Origin: Patescibacteria group bacterium
Lineage (GTDB): Bacteria; Patescibacteriota; Patescibacteriia; Patescibacteriales; UBA12465
Direction: 5' to 3'
Assembly (NCBI GenBank): GCA_022710685.1
Contig: JAKLGM010000002.1
Span: 1,701-65,700, forward strand
DNA length: 64,000 nucleotides
Made by a program: the position numbers and the translations under genes. Positions 54,132 to 64,000 of the stretch are shown here, one piece after another. The first letter of the stretch is position 1. Every line of letters begins with the position of its first letter. The notes under the pieces were generated by a model. It was not told the DNA's origin. It saw only the letters and a program-made list of their open reading frames with translations, and ran no database searches.

Positions 54132-55355
54132 ATGAATATTAAGTCGGTAAAACAAATCAAAGATTTGCAAGGCCAGGCAGTTTTTCTCCGGGTTGACTTT
54201 AATGTTCCCATGAAGAAAGGAAAGATATTGGAAGATTTCAAGATACGGCAATCACTGGAAGATATTGATTATCTTTTGGAGCGCGGCGCCAAGGTGATTA
54301 TCGCTACTCACCTCGGCAGTCCGAAAGGCAAGGCGGTCAAGGATTTGTCCACTAAACCTTTAGCCAGTTTGTTAGGCAAGGTCATTAAAAAGAAAATTAA
54401 CTTTTTGGATGTCACTAAAGCCAAGGATTTACCGGCAGCCAGAAAAGTGGTGGCGCAAATGAAACCGGCCAGCGTAGCTTTTTTGGAAAACTTGCGTTTT
54501 GCTCCGGGCGAGCAAAAGAATGATCTGAAGTGGGCTAAAAATTTGGCCAGTCTGGCTGATATTTATATTAACAATGCTTTTGCCGTATCGCATCGCGCCG
54601 ATGCTTCGGTCGCTGCCATTAAAAAATTCTTGCCGGGTTATGCCGGGTTGTTGTTAGAGCAAGAGATTGTGAATTTGAATAAGATTTTGCGGCCGCGGAA
54701 ACCGTTGGTGGTAGTAATGGGCGGCGCTAAGATTGAAACTAAGATAGCTTTGATGAAAAATCTATTTAAATCAGCTTCCCAGATATTGATTGGCGGCGCT
54801 TTGGCTAATAATTTTCTGGCAGCTCAAGGCTATAATGTTGGCAAGTCTTTGATGGATCAAGGCAGTATTGCTGTTGCCAAGTCATTATTGCGGCGGAATC
54901 GCTCGCTTTTAGGTAGTCGGCGCAAAATTGTCTTACCTCCGGATGTCGTGACTAGCACTAAATTAGAAGATCACCATAAGATTAAGAATAATAACTTAAT
55001 CCATATCCGCAAAATTGATGCCATTGGTTCAGATGAGATAATCTGTGATATTGGGCCGGAGGCCATTGGTTTGTTTGCGCGTTATGTTAAAAAGGCCCAA
55101 ACGATTATTTGGAATGGGCCGATGGGCTTGTTTGAGATTCCTAATTTCCGGCAGGGAACGGTAATTATGGCTCGGCTCATCGCTTCCCGCGCCAGCGGCC
55201 GTGCCTATGGCGTTATCGGCGGCGGCGAAACCATTGAAGCCCTTAACCTGAGTAAGATGGCGCAGTATATGGATTGGGTCTCGACCGGCGGCGGCGCCAT
55301 GCTGTCATATTTAGGGGGCGAAAAGTTGCCCGGGTTGAAGGGGATAGCAAAATAA
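54132..55355 (+). CDS. pgk: Phosphoglycerate kinase
   Basis: VFLRVDFNVPM, ATHLGSPKG, LENLRF, and the C-terminal STGGGAMLSYLGG. Confidence 0.93.
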   Translation: MNIKSVKQIKDLQGQAVFLRVDFNVPMKKGKILEDFKIRQSLEDIDYLLERGAKVIIATHLGSPKGKAVKDLSTKPLASLLGKVIKKKINFLDVTKAKDLPAARKVVAQMKPASVAFLENLRFAPGEQKNDLKWAKNLASLADIYINNAFAVSHRADASVAAIKKFLPGYAGLLLEQEIVNLNKILRPRKPLVVVMGGAKIETKIALMKNLFKSASQILIGGALANNFLAAQGYNVGKSLMDQGSIAVAKSLLRRNRSLLGSRRKIVLPPDVVTSTKLEDHHKIKNNNLIHIRKIDAIGSDEIICDIGPEAIGLFARYVKKAQTIIWNGPMGLFEIPNFRQGTVIMARLIASRASGRAYGVIGGGETIEALNLSKMAQYMDWVSTGGGAMLSYLGGEKLPGLKGIAK

Positions 55356-55369
55356 TATTTTAGCTTAAT

Positions 55370-55402
55370 AAAAAAAAGCCTTCAGTTGAAGGCTTTTTTT
55401 TG
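55370..55402. terminator. Bidirectional intrinsic terminator
   Basis: aaaaaaaagccttc-agtt-gaaggcttttttttt. Confidence 0.85.
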
Positions 55403-55404
55403 GC

Positions 55405-55782
55405 TCATTTAATCTTTAAATAAGTTTTCATCAAACCATGGAATTCATTAACCAAGAATGGCTTGCTCAACAAGCCGGAGAATCCAAGCGCTTGAGCTTG
55501 CTCAATTTTGAAGTTAATAACTTCAGCGCTGGTGGCGATAAAGATTGTTTCCAGGTTGATTTTTTTCATTGACTCAAAAGCAGCAATAAAATCAGCACAG
55601 AGTTGGGCGCGACAATGAGTGTTGATAATAACCAGGTCGGGCTTAATCATTCGGAAGAAGTCAATGGCTTCATTGGGGTCTTCAGTGATTATAGATTCAG
55701 TTTCCGGTAATAGCCTAATGGCTGACCGAAAGTAGTGTCTGGAGTTTGTATCCCACTCTAGAATTAATATTTGTTTTTTCAT
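55405..55782 (-). CDS. Receiver-like (pseudo-receiver) domain protein
   Basis: CheY-like fold pattern, but the expected phospho-acceptor position reads DLVIINTH (Asn instead of Asp). The conserved T (ATSA) and K (SKPF) are present. Confidence 0.55.
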   Translation of the reverse strand: MKKQILILEWDTNSRHYFRSAIRLLPETESIITEDPNEAIDFFRMIKPDLVIINTHCRAQLCADFIAAFESMKKINLETIFIATSAEVINFKIEQAQALGFSGLLSKPFLVNEFHGLMKTYLKIK

Positions 55783-55925
55783 GCTTGATTGGGTTTAAAG
55801 AACATTTGTTTCTATTGGTTAAAGGGATGATAAAATAATTATCGCCATTTGTCAATGATGGAATTTGTCTAAACCGCTAAAGTCTAATATAATAGAAGGG
55901 TAATAATTAATCATTCCTTATTAAT

Positions 55926-57191
55926 ATGGCAAAAATTAAGCAAGTTTTAGCCCGGGAAATATTAGATTCTCGCGGTAACCCGACAGTAGAGGCTAAGGTG
56001 GTGCTAGACAATGGTCTTCAGGCTAAAGCTGCAGTCCCGAGCGGCGCTTCTACCGGGATGTATGAAGCTTTAGAGCTCAGAGACGGCGATAAAAAACGCT
56101 ATGGCGGCAAAGGCGTCTTGCGGGCTGTAGCCAATGTTAATAAGATTATCGCGCCCAAGCTCAAAGGGCTGGATCCGACCAAGCAAGAAATGATTGATTG
56201 TTTGATGCTTAAGTTGGATGGGACTGATAACAAGGCCCAACTGGGAGCCAATGCTATTTTGGCTGTTTCTTTGGCTGTGGCCCGCGCCGGCGCTTTAGTT
56301 AAAAAACAGGAGCTCTTTGTTTATCTAGCTAAGACCTATAAATTTCCGGTTAAGTATAAGCTGCCGATTCCGTCTTTTAATATTTTCAACGGTGGGGCCC
56401 ATGCCTCCACTAATTTGGATTTCCAGGAGTTTATGATTATGCCCCTGAAGAATTGCTCCTTCGCCGAGAAAGTCAGAATGGGAGCAGAAGTCTTTCATGA
56501 GTTGGGAGCAATCCTGAAGGAAAATAAAATGGATACTGATTTAGGTAATGAAGGCGGTTACGCCCCAGACATCAAGTCGCGCGAGCAGGTGATTGAAATG
56601 ATTATAGCGGCCATGAAACGCTCCGGCTATCATCCAGGAAAGGACATTGCTTTTGGTATGGATATCGGCTCTTCTGAATTCTACGATGACAAGAAAAAAT
56701 CATATTACTTGCCGTTGAACAAGAAATCTTTTTCAGCTGCTGCCTTGGTGGCTATCTATCGTTCTTGGGTCAAAAAATATCCCATCGTCTCTATTGAGGA
56801 TGGTTTAGCGGAGAATGATTGGGATAATTGGCGCTTGTTGACCAAAGAATTAGGCCAGAAGATTCTTTTAATCGGCGACGACCTTTTTGTTACCAACAAG
56901 AAGCGCCTAGAAATGGGGATAAAGCACAAGGCGGGCAATGCGATTTTGATCAAATTGAACCAGATTGGAACTGTGACCGAAACCATGGAAACTATTAAAT
57001 TAGCCCGAAAAAATAAGTACAAATTAATGATTTCTCATCGCAGCGGTGAAACTTGTGATGATTTTATCGCTGATTTAGCTGTCGCCACCGGCGCCGAGTT
57101 CATCAAGTCCGGATCTTTAGCTCGCAGCGAGCGTTTAGCGAAATATAATCGTTTGGCGGAAATAGAATTACTCTTAAATAAAAAATGGTAA
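55926..57191 (+). CDS. eno: Enolase
   Basis: REILDSRGNPTVE, SGASTG.YEA, and IKLNQIGTVTET...SHRSGET. Confidence 0.95.
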   Translation: MAKIKQVLAREILDSRGNPTVEAKVVLDNGLQAKAAVPSGASTGMYEALELRDGDKKRYGGKGVLRAVANVNKIIAPKLKGLDPTKQEMIDCLMLKLDGTDNKAQLGANAILAVSLAVARAGALVKKQELFVYLAKTYKFPVKYKLPIPSFNIFNGGAHASTNLDFQEFMIMPLKNCSFAEKVRMGAEVFHELGAILKENKMDTDLGNEGGYAPDIKSREQVIEMIIAAMKRSGYHPGKDIAFGMDIGSSEFYDDKKKSYYLPLNKKSFSAAALVAIYRSWVKKYPIVSIEDGLAENDWDNWRLLTKELGQKILLIGDDLFVTNKKRLEMGIKHKAGNAILIKLNQIGTVTETMETIKLARKNKYKLMISHRSGETCDDFIADLAVATGAEFIKSGSLARSERLAKYNRLAEIELLLNKKW

Positions 57192-57195
57192 CTAT

Positions 57196-58074
57196 ATGAT
57201 AGAAAATAATAATCCTGACCCCTTGGGGTCTGATTTTAAACGCCGTCCAGTAGTCTTGTTGCTTTTAGATGGCTGGGGTATTTCTAAAACCAGAGACAAC
57301 AACGCTATCCGTTTAGCCAAGATCCCAAATTTCAAAAGTTTGGTCGCTCATTATCCGGCGGCGGTTATTTCCGGCAGCGCCAAGAAAGATAGCGTCAATT
57401 ATACTATCATCGGAGCGGGGAGCGAAAAGCCGAAAAAAAAGATTAATCTATCCAAAATAATCTCGCAGCATAATCTAAAGCAGTTGAAGTTAGCCGAAAC
57501 TGAGAAGTTCGCTTTGGTCTCCAATTTTTTTAATAACAGCGAACAACAACTTCTGGGTGAGACCTATGACTTGGTTCCATCTCCGGTTAAGGAGGCGGAG
57601 TTGGATGTGGCTATGGCCACCACTGAAGTCGTAAAACACTTAGCTAAGGCCTTGAAGTCCCAGGCCCATGACTTTATTCTGATTAGCCTAGCTAACATTG
57701 ATAGCATTAGCCATACGGGTAATTTTGCCGCGACCATCAAGGCTATTGAGTTTATCGACAAGGCCTTGAAGCGGATTAGCGCTTTGGTTCTGCGCCAGCA
57801 CGGGACGCTGTTGATAACTAGTAGCCATGGTTACGCCGAAGAAGTATTTGATCTGCAGACGGATATTGTTAACAAAGAAAATTCTGACAACCCAGTACCA
57901 TTTATAGTTGTGGGCGAAGCTTATGCCGGCAAGACCATTGGTTTGGCCGAGGCCCCAGCTAACGATTTGAGCTTGCTGGAGCCAATCGGCTCCTTGGTTG
58001 ATATTGCTCCGACTATTTTAGCCCTAATGAACTTGCCTCAGCCTCCGGAAATGTCAGGGGAAAGCTTGATTTAA
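57196..58074 (+). CDS. iPGM-like metalloenzyme lacking the phosphotransferase domain (alkaline-phosphatase-core only)
   Basis: PVVLLLLDGWGIS, DSVNYTIIGAG, ANIDSISHTGNF and ITSSHGYAEE match the N- and C-terminal phosphatase-domain blocks of 2,3-BPG-independent phosphoglycerate mutase. At 292 aa it is short of the canonical ~510 aa. Confidence 0.6.
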   Translation: MIENNNPDPLGSDFKRRPVVLLLLDGWGISKTRDNNAIRLAKIPNFKSLVAHYPAAVISGSAKKDSVNYTIIGAGSEKPKKKINLSKIISQHNLKQLKLAETEKFALVSNFFNNSEQQLLGETYDLVPSPVKEAELDVAMATTEVVKHLAKALKSQAHDFILISLANIDSISHTGNFAATIKAIEFIDKALKRISALVLRQHGTLLITSSHGYAEEVFDLQTDIVNKENSDNPVPFIVVGEAYAGKTIGLAEAPANDLSLLEPIGSLVDIAPTILALMNLPQPPEMSGESLI

Positions 58075-58154
58075 TGAAGTTTGACAAAAAATAGGAGTAA
58101 TGTTAGTTTTACTTTGTGAGTAAATAGTTTTTTAAAACATAAAACCCTACAGAC

Positions 58155-58403
58155 ATGAATGTAATTATTAGTAATCTCGTTGATCAAGCTCGGGTCGTTG
58201 ATGGTTATGTTTTAGGAGCCCTTGGCTTTACCAGGGATTTTTCAGTTCAATTTTATTCGGAAGCTCCCGCCCGACAAGCTCAAACTGAAGCTAGAAGGTT
58301 GTGGGACCCGACTCCTAAAAATTATAACATCATTGATGATTTGGATTTGCTTTTTTGCGACCCTGAAGCCCGTGGTTTAATCGGACCCAGCCAGCGTCCT
58401 TAA
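58155..58403 (+). CDS. Hypothetical protein
   Basis: 82-aa ORF followed by a terminator. Confidence 0.45.
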   Translation: MNVIISNLVDQARVVDGYVLGALGFTRDFSVQFYSEAPARQAQTEARRLWDPTPKNYNIIDDLDLLFCDPEARGLIGPSQRP

Positions 58404-58420
58404 AATGGAAAAATTTTTTT

Positions 58421-58455
58421 AAAAAAAGACTTAGCACCAAGCTAAGTCTTTTCTA
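58421..58455. terminator. Bidirectional intrinsic terminator
   Basis: aaaaaaagacttagc-accaa-gctaagtctttt. Confidence 0.8.
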
Positions 58456-58472
58456 TTTTTTTTTAGGGTTAT

Positions 58473-61011
<2,539 letters not shown>

Positions 61012-61086
61012 TTATATTTTAGCAAAAAGATTGGGATTTGGCAATGCTTTAATAATCCGCTATAATCTTATTATTAACTAAAAAAT

Positions 61087-62010
61087 ATGAAAATATTAGT
61101 CACCGGCGGTGCCGGTTTCATCGGTTCTAACTTAGTGGATAAATTAATCGAATTAGGCCATCAGGTTGTCATTATTGACGACCTGTCTTCGGGGCTCAAA
61201 AGCTATATCAATCCCCAGGCCCACTTTTATCAAATCGATATTGCCGCTCCGAAAGTAGAGGAAATTTTTGCGGTGCAGAAATTTGACGCCGTCTTTCATT
61301 TGGCGGCCCAGATCGACGTCCGCAAATCAGTGGCTGATCCGGTGTTTGACAACAAGGTAAATGTTTTGGGCGGCTTGAATATTTTGGAAAATTGTCGCCA
61401 GCATAATGTCTCCAAGATTATTTTCGTTTCTACCGGCGGGGCATTGTATGGCGAAGCTGAAACTATCCCGACGCCAGAAACTTATCCGACCAACCCTTTG
61501 TCTCCTTATGGCATTCATAAATTGACATTTGAGAAATATTTGCATTATTATCATTCTGTCTACGGCCAGGCTTATACGGTTCTGCGTCTGGCCAATGTTT
61601 ATGGTCCGCGCCAGTACAAGGGCGGGGAATGCGGCGTCGTTTCTATATTCATCGGTAATGCCGTGGCCGGCCAGGAAAGCACTATCAACGGTGACGGCGA
61701 GAATACGCGTGATTATGTTTATGTCAGCGACGTGGTGGCGGCTTTAGCCAAGGCTCTAGAAGTTGATTACATCGGCGCCATCAATATCGGCACCGGCGTG
61801 GAGAAGAAAGTGAATGATGTCGTCTTGGCCGTGGAGTTAGCCTTGGGAAAAAGCATCGCCAAAAAATACGGACCGGCTAAGATCGGGGAACAGACTCGGA
61901 GCGTCTTGGATATTGCCTTAGCCCGGAAGGTGCTCAATTGGCAGCCGCAAGTAGCCCTGGATCAGGGCATTGCCTTGACTTTAGAGTGGTCTAAAAATCA
62001 GGTAAAATAA
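61087..62010 (+). CDS. galE: NAD-dependent epimerase/dehydratase (UDP-glucose 4-epimerase-like)
   Basis: KILVTGGAGFIGSNL Rossmann motif, STGGALYG, and the YGIHK catalytic YxxxK. The exact substrate is not determinable. Confidence 0.7.
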   Translation: MKILVTGGAGFIGSNLVDKLIELGHQVVIIDDLSSGLKSYINPQAHFYQIDIAAPKVEEIFAVQKFDAVFHLAAQIDVRKSVADPVFDNKVNVLGGLNILENCRQHNVSKIIFVSTGGALYGEAETIPTPETYPTNPLSPYGIHKLTFEKYLHYYHSVYGQAYTVLRLANVYGPRQYKGGECGVVSIFIGNAVAGQESTINGDGENTRDYVYVSDVVAALAKALEVDYIGAINIGTGVEKKVNDVVLAVELALGKSIAKKYGPAKIGEQTRSVLDIALARKVLNWQPQVALDQGIALTLEWSKNQVK

Positions 62011-62084
62011 GGGAAAATAGCTCAGTTGGTTAGAGCGCTACGTTCACATCGTAGAGGTCCAGGGTTCGAGTCCCTGTTTTCCCA
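62011..62084 (+). tRNA. tRNA-Val (anticodon CAC)
   Basis: GGGAAAA/TTTTCCC acceptor, anticodon arm CTACG-TTCACAT-CGTAG, and T arm CAGGG-TTCGAGT-CCCTG. It starts immediately after the galE-like stop codon. Confidence 0.92.
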
Positions 62085-62091
62085 CAGCCAG

Positions 62092-62121
62092 AAAAAAGCC
62101 GTCAGATTGACGGTTTTTTTC
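62092..62121 (+). terminator. Intrinsic terminator after tRNA-Val
   Basis: aaaaaagccgtca-gat-tgacggttttttt. Confidence 0.8.
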
Positions 62122-62195
62122 TTTTTATTAATCTATTGGCACTTTTGTCAATTTTTTGGTATAATTTAATTGTATTAAATAAATAAATTTTTAAT

Positions 62196-62576
62196 ATGGC
62201 AGTTTTAAAAAATGCTAAGAAAGTTTTAATCGTTGACGACGAAAAGGCAATCTCTAAAGCCTTGTCACTCAAGTTGACTAATTCCGGCTTTATCGTTGAT
62301 TCAGCTGGGGATGGTGCTGAAGCTGTGGCTAAAATCAAAGCCGAAAAATTTGATCTGGTTATCTTGGACTTGATTATGCCGGGAGACGATGGCTTTTCGG
62401 TTTTAGAATATTTATATAAAGAAAAAATAAAGCCGCCGGTGATTATAGCTTCGAACCTCAGCCAAAGCGAGGATATCAATAAGGCTAAGGCCTTGGGAGC
62501 GGTCGATTATTTTATTAAGTCCAATGTCACTCTCGCCGATATTATCAGCAACATTAAAAAAATACTAAAAGTATGA
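62196..62576 (+). CDS. CheY-like stand-alone response regulator
   Basis: KVLIVDDE, DLVILDLIMPGDDG, IIASN and DYFIKS form a canonical receiver. Its stop overlaps the pilB start (ATGA). Confidence 0.85.
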   Translation: MAVLKNAKKVLIVDDEKAISKALSLKLTNSGFIVDSAGDGAEAVAKIKAEKFDLVILDLIMPGDDGFSVLEYLYKEKIKPPVIIASNLSQSEDINKAKALGAVDYFIKSNVTLADIISNIKKILKV

Positions 62577-64000
62577 TCCTTAATTTGAGCGATGAAATAT
62601 TGCAGCAGATCCTGGTTTCGGAAAGTTATGTTTCGGCTGAAGATATGGCGCGAGCCGTAGATTTTGCCAAACGTAATAAGACCTCGATCATGGATTATCT
62701 TTTTTCTCAGAATATTCTTAGTCGGGATCTTTTGGGCCAGGCATTGGCCGAATATTACAAGATTCCTTATTTTGATTTAAATTCGCGGGAATTAGTGGCG
62801 GAGCAGATCCTGAAATTGCCAGAAGAGCTGGCGGTCCAATTTAATATTTTATTTTTAACAGAAAACAAAAATCAGATCTTATTGGCGACGGCCGATCCTA
62901 CCCAGCCGGATTTAATGGATGCCCTAGGCCAAGCTTTTCCCGGGAAGACTATTCTTTTCGCTTATTCTTTGCCGGACGATATCAGGGATAAATTTGTTTT
63001 TTACCGCAAGACACTAGAAACCCGCTTTGCTCAGATCTTGCAAGAGAAGAAGCGTGTGGCTCCGGAGATTATCGATGAGATTATCAAGGATGCTATCTTT
63101 TATCGCGCTTCCGATATCCATCTTGAGCCGCAAGCCAAAGAAGCCTTACTCCGTTTCCGTATCGATGGCGTCTTGCAGGATGCCGGCCACATAACTTTGG
63201 AATATTATGATAATATTTTGAACTTAGTTAAGGTTCTGGCTCACATCCGGACAGACGAACATTTGTCGGCCCAGGATGGCGCTATCCGTTATGGCGCTAA
63301 CACCCCTAATCCGATTGATTTGCGCGTTTCCATTATTCCGACGGTTAATGGCGAGAAAGTTGTTATCCGCCTCTTGTCCCAATACATCAGCAACTTATCT
63401 TTTGCTGATTTGGGCTTATCCTATAAGGATCATCAGATATTAGAGCATAACATGCATCGTCAATTCGGCATGATCTTGGTCACTGGTCCGACGGGTTCGG
63501 GTAAGACGACGACTTTGTATGCGGTTTTGAAATCAGTCAAGAATCCAGGAATCAATATCACCACCATTGAAGATCCGGTGGAGTATAAAATTAGCGGCGT
63601 CAACCAGATCCAGGTCAATGAACAAACCAACCTAACCTTTGCTAAGGGCTTGCGTTCAGTCTTGCGTCAGGATCCGAACGTGATCTTAGTCGGAGAAATC
63701 CGCGACCAAGAAACCTCGGAAATCGCTGTTAATGCGGCCTTGACCGGACATTTATTGCTTTCTACTTTTCATGCTAACGATGCTTCAACGGCTGTGCCGC
63801 GCTTGTTGGATATGGGGGTCGAGCCGTTCTTGTTGTCTTCAACCTTGAAGCTGGTTATTGCCCAGCGCCTAGTCCGGCGGATTTGCGAGCGCTGCCGTTA
63901 TAGTACGAAGATTACCTCGGTTGACTTAATAAAAAAATATCCTTATCTAAAAAAATATTTTTCCGATAAGACCTATACTCTATACCAAGGCAAGGGTTGC
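62573..64000 (+). CDS. pilB: Type IV pilus assembly / type II secretion ATPase (PilB/GspE family); the 3' end lies outside the window
   Basis: N-terminal GSPII_E_N-like domain (SAEDMARAVDFAKRNKTSIMDYL), Walker A at VTGPTGSGKTTTLYA, and an Asp box at RQDPNVILVGEIRD. The frame is open to 64000. Confidence 0.9.
   Translation, partial: MILNLSDEILQQILVSESYVSAEDMARAVDFAKRNKTSIMDYLFSQNILSRDLLGQALAEYYKIPYFDLNSRELVAEQILKLPEELAVQFNILFLTENKNQILLATADPTQPDLMDALGQAFPGKTILFAYSLPDDIRDKFVFYRKTLETRFAQILQEKKRVAPEIIDEIIKDAIFYRASDIHLEPQAKEALLRFRIDGVLQDAGHITLEYYDNILNLVKVLAHIRTDEHLSAQDGAIRYGANTPNPIDLRVSIIPTVNGEKVVIRLLSQYISNLSFADLGLSYKDHQILEHNMHRQFGMILVTGPTGSGKTTTLYAVLKSVKNPGINITTIEDPVEYKISGVNQIQVNEQTNLTFAKGLRSVLRQDPNVILVGEIRDQETSEIAVNAALTGHLLLSTFHANDASTAVPRLLDMGVEPFLLSSTLKLVIAQRLVRRICERCRYSTKITSVDLIKKYPYLKKYFSDKTYTLYQGKGC

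Overview
This is a gene-dense 64-kb chromosomal fragment with about 70 CDS and 4 tRNAs. I found no rRNA and no CRISPR array, and the standard genetic code fits. The gene content points to a small-genome Patescibacteria/CPR-like bacterium, which is an inference. That content includes five type IV pilin-like genes (three with FISUMP/lectin-like heads), a PilB ATPase, scattered housekeeping genes, odd or minimal metabolic enzymes, and stand-alone receiver domains.

Housekeeping genes I recognise are gatB, tmk, a dCMP-to-dTTP module, three GT2 glycosyltransferases, galU, murA, purA, rplU, recR, ybaB, dnaB, mtaB, def, fmt, clpB (with a perfect CIRCE operator), pgk, eno, gyrB and a galE-like epimerase.

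The standout is a complete diversity-generating retroelement (DGR) at about 30.5-33.6 kb.
- A 177-nt variable region (VR, 31430-31606) forms the C-terminus of a prepilin-signal/FISUMP-head protein.
- It is followed by an Avd-like four-helix-bundle gene, the template repeat (TR, 32191-32367), and a DGR-type reverse transcriptase.
- VR/TR mismatches are strongly adenine-biased.
- The promoter of the same target gene has a G12 homopolymer in its 17-nt spacer, so it is a candidate phase-variable promoter.

The avd-TR-RT module lies in a visibly AT-rich block. That block continues into a phiX174-type (Y2 HUH) Rep gene and a large serine recombinase whose ORF runs into a convergent tRNA-Glu, suggesting an integrated mobile element.

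Secondary oddities:
- a tandem-domain ThyX-like protein
- a WecA/MraY-QueH fusion
- a domain-deleted iPGM-like protein
- an OMP-like beta-barrel candidate
- a membrane-anchored second Clp ATPase
- an archaeal-type PurO

All coordinates, motif calls and mismatch counts were made by eye, without tools.
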